Made by a program: the position numbers and the translations under genes. Source: Mizuhopecten yessoensis (taxonomy: Eukaryota). From it: a DNA stretch of 64,000 bases. The stretch covers positions 125,896-189,895 of the forward strand of contig NW_018407883.1 of NCBI RefSeq assembly GCF_002113885.1, read 5' to 3'. Positions 26,501-38,500 of this stretch are shown here, in pieces (the first letter of the stretch is position 1; each line of letters begins with the position of its first letter). The notes under the pieces were generated by a model. It was not told where the DNA came from, searched no databases, and saw only the letters and a list, made by a program, of their open reading frames with translations.

Positions 26501-29500
26501 AGGATTCCTGTCCAACTGCAGGTAAATGACTTGAGACTTCATTGTTGTTTTATATATAGGTAGAGTAACCTCCCCTTAATTTCGTTTTAAATATGGATGC
26601 TTTTGCTAGCCAGGTAGCTCAGTTGGTTAGAGTATAAGTAAAATAATCAGAGGTGCAGGGTTCGAATCCTGGTCTGGGCAAGCTGAATTTTTACACTTAA
26701 AACACTAGTACTGTTGCTGACTATATTTTGTTTATTTTGTCTATTTATCAAAGCTATAGGCTAACAAACAGTTTCCAATGCACAGTTGCTGTATTTGTAA
26801 GTGGCACCAGTATCCTTAGCAGTCTCAACTTTTCCAGTAGCCTTGAAAATTACCACGTAGCTTTCAAACTAATTCAGTATTCATTTAATTTATCCCGTCA
26901 ACTTCAAATTTACCATGTATCCTACTTCTTAGTTTTTAAATTTACTCTGTAATCTTCAAACTTACACAATAGCCCTCAAACATTATTTATAGCCTTCAAA
27001 TATACAAATGAGGCTGTCAACCTTCTTTTAGCCTTCAAACTTACAGAGTAACCTTCAAATATTACATTTCCCCTTTAAACTTATAAAGTAACCTTCAAAC
27101 ATTCTCTCTCTTTAGCCTTCAAATTTACACAGTAGCCTTGAAATATTCTCTTTATAGCCTTCAAACTTACAAAGTAACCTTCAAACGTTCTCTCCCTTTA
27201 GCCTATAAATTTACACAGCAGCCTTAAAATATTCTCTTAAGCCTTCAAACTTACACAGTGGCCTTCAAACATTCTCTTTAGCCTTCAAACTTACACATTG
27301 GCCTTCAAACATTCTCTTTAGCCTTCAAACTTACACAGTGGCCTTCAAACATTCTTTTTAGCCTTCAAACTTACCCAGTGGGCTTCAAACATTCTCTTTA
27401 GCCTTCAAGCTTACACAGAGTAACTTTCAAACATTCTCTTTAGCCTTCAAACTCACACAATAGCCTTCAAATATTACATTTCGTCTTTAAACTTACAAAG
27501 TAGCCTTCAAACTGAGAGTAACCTTCGAAAAATATGTTTAACCTTTGAACTTTGAGCAGCCTTCAAACGTTATATATAGCCTTCAAACTTATAGCGTAGC
27601 CTTCAACTTTACACAAAGCAACTTTCAAACATTCTCTTTAGCCTTTAAATATTAATTCCCTTTAGCCTTAAAACTTACACAGTAACCTTCAAATATTACA
27701 TTTAACCTTCAAATGTTTAATCTCTCTTTCATCAAACTCACAATCTTGTCTTCAAAATTATTCTGTAACTAATGAACAAACTCGGTTTAAACATAGCCTG
27801 CCACTACCAAACCTTCTCTACAACCCTAATCACTCACCCTCTAACTACCAACCCTTCTCTACAACCCTAATCACTCACCCTGCAACTACCAAACCTTCCC
27901 TACAACCCTTATCACTCAGCCTGTAACTACCAAACCTTCTCTACCACCCTAATCACTCAGCCTGCAACTACCAAACCTTCTCTACCACCCTAATCACTCA
28001 GCCTGCAACTACCAAACCTTCTCTACCACCCTAATCACTCAGCCTGTAACTAGCAAACCTTCTCTAACACCCTAATCACTCAGCCTGTAACTACCAAACC
28101 TTCTCGACAACCCTAATCACTTACCCTGCAACTACCAAACCTTCTCTACAACCCTAATCATTCAGGCTGGAACTACCAAACCTTCTCTACAACCCTAATC
28201 CCTCACCCTATAACTACCAAACCTTCTCTACAACCCTAATCACCCAGCCTGCAACTACCAAACCTTCCCTACAACACTAATCACGCAGCCTGTAACTACC
28301 AAACCTTCTCTACAACCCTAATCATTCAGGCTGGAACTACCAAACCTTCTCTACAACCCCAATCACTCAGCCTATAACTACCAAACCTTCTCTACAACCC
28401 TAATCACTAAGCCTGCAACTACCAAACCTTCTCTACAACCCTAATCACTCAACCTACAACTACCAAACCTTCTCTACAACCCTAATCACTTAACCTGCAA
28501 CTACCAAACCTTCCCTACAACCCTTATCACTCAGCCTGTAACTACCAAACCTTCTCGACAACCCTAATCACTTACCCTGCAACTACCAAACCTTCTCTAC
28601 AACCCTCATCACTCAGCCTGGAACTACCAAACCTTCTCTACAACCCTAATCCCTCACCCTATAACTACCAAACCTTCTCTACAACCCTAATCACCCAGCC
28701 TGCAACTACCAAACCTTCCCTACAACACTAATCACGCAGCCTGTAACTACCAAACCTTCTCTACAACCCTCATCACTCACCCTGTAACTACCAAACCTTC
28801 CCTACAACCCTAATCACTCAGCCTGCAACTACCGAACCTTCCCTACAACACTAATCACTCACCCTGTAACTACCAAACCTTCTCTTCAACCCTAATCACT
28901 CACCCTGTAACTACCAAACCTTCCCTACAACCCTAATCACTCAGCCTACAACTACCAAACCTTCTCTACAACCCTAATCACTTACCCTGCAACTACCAAA
29001 CCTTCCCTACAACCCTAATCACTCAGCCTGCAACTACCAAACCTTCCCTACAACACTAATCACTCACCCTGTAACTACCAAACCTTCTCTAACACCCTAA
29101 TCACTCACCCTGTAGACTTTGAAGTCCTTGATGAGACAATGCAGGGTTTCATGTAGCAGTGCATTGCTGTCGTGTAGTCCCTTTAGTTCTGTGACAAAAG
29201 GGTCCAAACTAGCCTGTGTGAGGATTGGGAGTTGTTGTGATGTATTCTGGGATACAGACGGAGGACTGCTGTGGGCTCCGAACCCAGACCCAGATGTAAT
29301 ACTGCTGTTATCGTCATCAGACCCATACTTAAAACTGTAACAAAATAAAGTGTCATTAAAATTCTGGAAATTATGATACAGAACATGAAATTCTTTTCTT
29401 TTTCTCTCTCTTTCTATTCATAACGCACCTGAAATGAAACTACAAATACTGTATTAATGTCTTTTTTGTTTACTATTTCTTTCCTCACACAAAAACTGTA

Positions 29501-32500
29501 AGGCGTTGTCACCTTGGTCCAGCAGATTGCGACTTCATAGATTTAAAAATATTCCCCAAAAATAATCATAATTGATCAATATTTTTGGTATTTAATTTTG
29601 ATGCTGAAATAAATTCACCCACAAATGTTTATGACAAGTGTTTTTTAACACAGGATTACTGAAGAGTTAAACTGGACAGCAATGTGGATATGAAGATGAG
29701 ATGGAATTAAATAGCTCTTGAAATAAAGATTGGGATTCTTTTTTTTATATTTACTTTGTATAATATCCACGTATATACCATAGATAGCCTGGACTCAACA
29801 AACTTGATAGTACCGATATAGCACTTATACATGTATCCCGACACAAACCGGACATATTCTGTACCTAAGTCGTGTACATGTATAGTTCAATATAATTCAG
29901 GTTGTCATCAAGAACAAAGCAGGTAAAACCTATAATTGGTGTATAGCAATAAGCAGGTGATGAGGTAAATTATTGTGCTGTGTCACAACATGTTTAACAC
30001 TATACTAGACAGTAGCCTGGTCTACATTACAACATAGTGACGGTAACAAGCATCTGTACAGACACTGACAGTCAAACCTACTCCCTTACCTTTATACACT
30101 GACAGTCAAACCTACTACCTTACCTTTATACACTGACAGTCAAACCTACTCCCTTACCTTTATACACTGACAGTCAAACCTACTCCCTTACCTTTATACA
30201 CTGACAGTCAAACCTACTCCCTTACCTTTATACACTGACAGTCAAACCTACTCCCTTACCTTTATACACTGACAGTCAAACCTACTCCCTTACCTTTATA
30301 CACTGACAGTCAAACCTACTCCCTTACCTTTATACACTGACAGTCAAACCTACTCCCTTACCTTTATACACTGACAGTCAAACCTACTCCCTTACCTTTA
30401 TACACTGACAGTCAAACCTACTCCCTTACCTTTATACACTGACAGTCAAACCTACTCCCTTACCTTTATACACTGACAGTCAAACCTACTCCCTTACCTT
30501 TATACACTGACAGTCAAACCTACTCCCTTACCTTTATACACTGACAGTCAAACCTACTCCCTTACCTTTATACACTGACAGTCAAACCTACTCCCTTACC
30601 TTTATACACTGACAGTCAAACCTACTCCCTTACCTTTATACACTGACAGTCAAACCTACTCCCTTACCTTTATACACTGACAGTCAAACCTACTCCCTTA
30701 CCTTTATACACTGACAGTCAAACCTACTCCCTTACCTTTATACACTGACAGTCAAACCTACTCCCTTACCTTTATACACTGACAGTCAAACCTACTCCCT
30801 TACCTTTATACACTGACAGTCAAACCTACTCCCTTACCTTTATACACTGACAGTCAAACCTACTCCCTTACCTTTATACACTGACAGTCAAACCTACTCC
30901 CTTACCTTTATACACTGACAGTCAAACCTACTCCCTTACCTTTATACACTGACAGTCAAACCTACTCCCTTACCTTTATACACTGACAGTCAAACCTACT
31001 CCCTTACCTTTATACACTGACAGTCAAACCTACTCCCTTACCTTTATACACTGACAGTCAAACCTACTCCCTTACCTTTATACACTGACAGTCAAACCTA
31101 CTCCCTTACCTTTATACACTGACAGTCAAACCTACTCCCTTACCTTTATACACTGACAGTCAAACCTACTCCCTTACCTTTATACACTGACAGTCAAACC
31201 TACTCCCTTACCTTTATACACTGACAGTCAAACCTACTCCCTTACCTTTATACACTGACAGTCAAACCTACTCCCTTACCTTTATACACTGACAGTCAAA
31301 CCTACTCCCTTACCTTTATACACTGACAGTCAAACCTACTCCCTTACCTTTATACACTGACAGTCAAACCTACTCCCTTACCTTTATACACTGACAGTCA
31401 AACCTACTCCCTTACCTTTATACACTGACAGTCAAACCTACTCCCTTACCTTTATACACTGACAGTCAAACCTACTCCCTTACCTTTATACACTGACAGT
31501 CAAACCTACTCCCTTACCTTTATACACTGACAGTCAAACCTACTCCCTTACCTTTATACACTGACAGTCAAACCTACTCCCTTACCTTTATACACTGACA
31601 GTCAAACCTACTCCCTTACCTTTATACACTGACAGTCAAACCTACTCCCTTACCTTTATACACTGACAGTCAAACCTACTCCCTTACCTTTATACACTGA
31701 CAGTCAAACCTACTCCCTTACCTTTATACACTGACAGTCAAACCTACTCCCTTACCTTTATACACTGACAGTCAAACCTACTCCCTTACCTTTATACACT
31801 GACAGTCAAACCTACTCCCTTACCTTTATACACTGACAGTCAAACCTACTCCCTTACCTTTATACACTGACAGTCAAACCTACTCCCTTACCTTTATACA
31901 CTGACAGTCAAACCTACTCCCTTACCTTTATACACTGACAGTCAAACCTACTCCCTTACCTTTATACACTGACAGTCAAACCTACTCCCTTACCTTTATA
32001 CACTGACAGTCAAACCTACTCCCTTACCTGTATACACTGACAGTCAAACCTACTCCCTTACCTTTATACACTGACAACAAACCTACTCCTTTACCTTTAT
32101 ACACTGACAGTCAAACTAACTCCCTTACCATTATACACTGACAGTCAAACCTACTCCCTTACCTTTATACACTGACAGTCAAACTAACTCCCTTACCTTT
32201 ATACACTGACAGTCAAACCTACTCCCTTACCTTTATACACTGACGGTCAAAACCTACTCCCTTACCTTTATATACTGACAGTCAAAACCTACTCCCTTAC
32301 CTTTATACACTGACAGTCAAAACCTACTCCCTTACCTTTATATACTGACAGTCAAAACCTACTCCCTTACCTTAATACACTGACAGTCAAAACCTACTCC
32401 TTAACCTCCTATTAAACCCAGACGATGGGAAAATATTTTCTAACATGCATGTATATAAGTATCTAATTATGTTTAGGTCAGGTCATCCTCGATATCCAGG

Positions 32501-35500
32501 GGTAACGCTCACTTTTGCTCTCTGCACCCCTGGAACATGTCATAACAAAATTGAAAGCACAAAGATAGCTGTTTGATTGGTCTCAGGTAAAAACAAGGTT
32601 ACCGCGAGCGGTACATAATACGCCCGTCACACATTGAATGAGCAGTTGTTTGTATGATTGAAATATATGAAGTATTTGTGAGTAATTGATATTAAAAGAG
32701 AAATCATTCAACAAAACTGGTAGATCAATGAGTGCAATACAACATCATGGAACGCATGCATCGCATTAATGAAACCAAGGGAAATAACTCCACAAATTAT
32801 GGTCGGATAATGGCGGTTATCGANNNNNNNNNNNNNNNNNNNNNNNNNNNNNNNNNNNNNNNNNNNNNNNNNNNNNNNNNNNNNNNNNNNNNNNNNNNNN
32901 NNNNNNNNNNNNNNNNNNNNNNNNNNNNNNNNNNNNNNNNNNNNNNNNNNNNNNNNNNNNNNNNNNNNNNNNNNNNNNNNNNNNNNNNNNNNNNNNNNNN
33001 NNNNNNNNNNNNNNNNNNNNNNNNNNNNNNNNNNNNNNNNNNNNNNNNNNNNNNNNNNNNNNNNNNNNNNNNNNNNNNNNNNNNNNNNNNNNNNNNNNNN
33101 NNNNNNNNNNNNNNNNNNNNNNNNNNNNNNNNNNNNNNNNNNNNNNNNNNNNNNNNNNNNNNNNNNNNNNNNNNNNNNNNNNNNNNNNNNNNNNNNNNNN
33201 NNNNNNNNNNNNNNNNNNNNNNNNNNNNNNNNNNNNNNNNNNNNNNNNNNNNNNNNNNNNNNNNNNNNNNNNNNNNNNNNNNNNNNNNNNNNNNNNNNNN
33301 NNNNNNNNNNNNNNNNNNNNNNNNNNNNNNNNNNNNNNNNNNNNNNNNNNNNNNNNNNNNNNNNNNNNNNNNNNNNNNNNNNNNNNNNNNNNNNNNNNNN
33401 NNNNNNNNNNNNNNNNNNNNNNNNNNNNNNNNNNNNNNNNNNNNNNNNNNNNNNNNNNNNNNNNNNNNNNNNNNNNNNNNNNNNNNNNNNNNNNNNNNNN
33501 NNNNNNNNNNNNNNNNNNNNNNNNNNNNNNNNNNNNNNNNNNNNNNNNNNNNNNNNNNNNNNNNNNNNNNNNNNNNNNNNNNNNNNNNNNNNNNNNNNNN
33601 NNNNNNNNNNNNNNNNNNNNNNNNNNNNNNNNNNNNNNNNNNNNNNNNNNNNNNNNNNNNNNNNNNNNNNNNNNNNNNNNNNNNNNNNNNNNNNNNNNNN
33701 NNNNNNNNNNNNNNNNNNNNNNNNNNNNNNNNNNNNNNNNNNNNNNNNNNNNNNNNNNNNNNNNNNNNNNNNNNNNNNNNNNNNNNNNNNNNNNNNNNNN
33801 NNNNCACGTGATAACATAATACGTCCCCGTCTTCGACGGGCGTATAAAAACTGACCAATCGCTAGGCTGATAAATGTCCTTTGAAGATTAAAAAGGAGAG
33901 ACGCCCGACTTCAAAGCATGTCAATTTTTACCGTTATGTAAGGATCAAACTAGTCTTCTTGTCTCATCAACAAGGCGGTGCACAATGAGCCTTCAATTTT
34001 GCTATGACATATTCCAGGGGTATAGAGAGCGAAAGTTAGCATGACCACTGGATATCGCGGATGAGGTCAGGTTGATTTTGTCATTTCTCAGGCTGTTATG
34101 TAATGTAATGCCACCATCATATAAATTGTAGTCATGCCTAAAAAACTGATGCAATCAAATACTTATACAATGTAGCTGTTTTGGTTAAAAATTCAATCCA
34201 TCACATTTGTATCATGATGATTTTTTTGTTTGCCTCACAATTGTGCTGTAAAATTCTAATTTTGTATGCGGAATAGGTGTTTGTCTCTCTATCTGAAGTT
34301 TTCATCTTTCTTTTTTTTTTTTTTTTTTTTTTTGTCCATTTATTTCCAATCTTCGTTTACTAACTTTTCACCACCACCCTCATTGTATCTATCTCACTTT
34401 GGTCTATTTCAACAGCTACACTTTGTTAATTCATAAGTCGCCTGTGAGTAAATGTGTAACCCCAGGTCCAGTGTCTGCAAGCATAACTTTATCAACAAAC
34501 AGATCAAAAATATTGTTTTTAAATTTCTGCCTTTTTATGAACTTTCATTTGTTTTTTGTCCCAGGATATTTCATACATTTCATAAATTACTGGAAAATTT
34601 GAACAGACTACTTATTCCGTCTTTGCGTATTGCAGAGCTATCTTCTCTTGACAGCCGGTATTGATTGTTACGTCATTTGTTTTTGAGAGGAACGTCATCA
34701 ATTTTTGAGAAAACGACGTAATTTTCTCACACAAACAAATGACGTAACAATCAATACCTGCTCTCAAGAGAAGATAACTCTGCAATACGCAAAGACGGAA
34801 TAGGCTTACAGACAAATGTCCCCTGGAAATCTGTACATTATAACTTAATATTGTACAACTAAACATCAATAAACAGGCTCAAAAATGCAATTGCCCAAAA
34901 TTAATATTCCATGCAAAGGTCAATGTGACAGGGTATTTTGTTCAGACTATTGCTGGTTCCAGCTTAAACAATATAATTAAATGATTACCAATTTTTTATT
35001 TACTATTGTTAATATTTATAAGTAATTAGTATCAGTACATTCCATTCCTTTTATTATAACCTCTTTAAATCAAACATTACACATATCACATGATTTAAGT
35101 GCTTTAGTATTGAAATTTGGATAAATTCCCATATACACTTTCTATATTTCACGTCCATTTTCCTTTATTGATAGGTTTTTGATATTTTCTAACATGCAAA
35201 CATTTCTAACCAACATCATGTAAGGATGTGTCCAGGTTAAAACACTTCTTAGCTATTAGTAAACTCCCTCTTCAGAAAGTGATTTTTAAATTGAAATATT
35301 TTCATGAAGGTTTAAATCCTTGTAATTATAAAATTGTCATTACCAGATATTTTTTGTGTTATTCAAATTGAAATTTGGCTCTTTTTCAACTTGTGGGGTT
35401 TGATCACTATTATCCATATGTTGTCAAGCGTTTTAGAGTAATTTTACAAATTATAAAGGACGCTATATAAATGTTGTATATTATTATTTATTATTAAGAC

Positions 35501-38500
35501 CAACTGAACAAGGAGCCCAAAATAAACTTCAACATTTTTTTTAATAAATTCTATATTTAACCATGGAACAAATGTGAAATATTTCCTTTTGATTAAATGG
35601 GGATGAAACCGTTCTAATAATTTATCCTGTATCCCTTTATATGGAGAATACATTCCACTAGAACAAAGTTTGGACTTTTTTCTTTTTGATTACATTGGGA
35701 TGTATAGTAAAAGTGCAATATTACATGCTAAGAATTGTACTTGTTAAAGGCATTTAGGTACAATATAGAATGTTAGAAAGTGAAATAAGTTACCGAATCG
35801 GAATGGGGTTAAAAAACTGCTCTGGACATCTGAAACATATTAAATTTGTGCGTTTGTTTTTATAGAAAGTGCACATCATATATATTTTTAAAAAAAATAT
35901 GAAAAATTAGAGAAATAAAGAGAACTGAAGAAATAATATATCATGAAATGAAAGTGTGAAAGCAGTTTAGATGACAATCAGGACAATATTTCTTAAATTT
36001 TGTATCGGAAAGATTCAGGCATTAATTTTAACTTGTGATACTATATACCGGGTAATGTTCCTGAAAAAAAATAATTGTACTCCTTGTAAAAACTGAAATT
36101 CCAACAGCTTATCCTAAAAAAATTCATGCTGAAATAGTAACCTAACAACAAATGTGTAAATTACAAGAATAAAATTATACCAAAATGTGTGATAACTATT
36201 TTGTTTTGAAATATTGAATCAATCACTGAACAAAATTGCGATATTTCTTGCTATATTTTGTTGGGAATTGGTTGATGTGCACAGAATAATATATTGCTTC
36301 AGTGTCTAAAGCATACATCACAACAGTACAGCAAGGACATCTTACAAAACAAACCAGCAACTCCACACACCGAGGATATGGAGTATATTACAACAGCGAC
36401 TAGTGATATATGTTTTATACTACTATATATATACAGGGCTAGAAATTAATTTTGAATACCACTAGTCAACTGGGGTAGTAGTTTCTAATTCTTATTAGTC
36501 ATTGTGCAAATTCAAAAAACCCAAATTATTCAATAGGATATTAGCAATATCAAATTTAGACTAGTCGATCGGGCTTGCAGTTTTTAGAACCACTAGTCCA
36601 GCTGGAGATTTCACTAGCCTCGCCTACCCTTACTGTTTAGCCTTGAGATATCTGCTAGTATTAATGTCTAGAATGGCAGGAATAATTTTTTACATTGTGT
36701 CATACGATAGTTACTGTCTTATTGAAAGATTGCTGTCCCAACGTAGCAAAAACACTGGAGAAATCCACTGTAGTTTTTCACACATACAGTAACCTCCCTT
36801 TAATTTTAATCAAGATATACTTCGCTAGAGCGATAGTATAACAATCCAGGGTCAAGGTCCAGGGTTGGAATCCAGCTAGTCTGACCCCATTGCACATTTT
36901 ACAATCGGAACATTGTTGCTGAATATTGTTTTATCTTTATTATTTTTTCATATTAGTTCAACAACATATCCGTTTTTCCCCAGAAATGATCTTTCATTAT
37001 ACATGAGTGCGCACAAATACATGAATATTTACGGTATGGTCATGCCGGGAAAAAGTTCCACATGCATAATTAGTTTTTAATGGCAGTGGTACATGAGGGT
37101 CGGTCCTTAAGGATGTATGCTAACAGTTACACTGAAAGGAATCTCCAATTATAAAGAGTTCAACAAAAGTAAAATAGTAATGGTAATATGAACTTAACTA
37201 GTGATACACCTTCAATATTTTAGCAAACTTAGTCACAATACAAGGAGTTCAGGTCAAAGTTAATTCTACAAGGAGTTACTTCCCTTTGAATATGCATTAT
37301 CATTATAACATACAAAAATGTGGATATAAAGGTTATAATATTTGATTCTCATTGAAGAAAAAACACCATCTCAAAGTGCCAGAACACTGAATTATTAAAA
37401 ACTTGTACCTCATGATACGTGACCCTTTCAGATTATTCTGAGGCTAACCAAAAGTGCCTAAAAATGAGAGAGTAGAAAAGAGAGAAAATTAAAGAAAAGA
37501 GTCCTTAGTACTGTGATGGAAGGAGTAGATCAATTTTGACCTCCAGTGTTTGTCGTATCAGAGGAAAATGAGGAAAACACCACAGAAAGCTTCACAGATT
37601 TAGCCGCCTCATACAATCATGCAGTGGAATGCAACAGGCCAATGTTTTTCTGACATTGCTGAGAGGGGTGTGAGTTAGCAAACCTGATAACACTGGTGTT
37701 TGGTTTGCCTCTTCATATTTGAGCCAGGCTTTAAAAAACACATGGACACTGCGCTGACCTATGTTTCACCAACAGCTATGTTAAAACCAGCAGAAATGTA
37801 TTGTCAAGATCTATTTTTTCTTCAAACTATATATTGAGTGAAAAATCTTTGTGAGTTCATGGCACCTAGGACCAACCAATGAATATTTATATATGAACCA
37901 GTGTAAACTTGACAGTCCAACATCCTATCAATGGAGAAAATAATAATCGACTGACAATCAAGTGATAAGGACATCATATATATACTGAAGAGTCTTACAT
38001 GTCCCAGAACTTTTAGAATGAGCCAATTTATGTTGGTGCTTTGTGAAAGAAAAAAATTTGAGTCAATAATTTGTGAGGGGAGTGCTTTGTAAACAAGGTC
38101 CATGTGAGAGTTTGCTATGAATGATTAGTCAGTGCTTAAGATAGATAACTTTGTGATTGAGTTTTTTGTGATGAGTACTTAATCACTAAATATTTTGAGT
38201 AACTACATTACCATTGAGTTCTATGTGAGTCAAATGCAACTCTATGTGATTAAAAGCCATATAAATGAGCATTGTTATTGAGTGAGCGTAGGTCTCAGTA
38301 ATGAGCCCTGTTAGTCACACCCACAGCAAGTAACTGACTTTGTGAGTACTATAGGTTGACACAACTAGCCAACTCGAAAATGTGAGCTCTGTTAGTTACT
38401 AATCAAACTCACAGCGAGTTACAGTGAGTACGTAGCCAACACAAATAGCCAATCATGGGTTATAAGTGTGTAAGCACTAGGCAAATACCAAGTCAGCCCA

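Noticed and set aside
26608-26680. Functional tRNA gene
   Set aside because: A and B boxes are present, but the anticodon and acceptor stems do not pair; treated as a tRNA-derived repeat.
27803-29113. Interstitial telomeric repeat (CCCTAA in each unit)
   Set aside because: There is only one hexamer per 41-bp unit and never in tandem; it is explained by the amplified intron sequence.
32708-33858. Three ORFs of about 360 aa
   Set aside because: Artefacts of the N gap.
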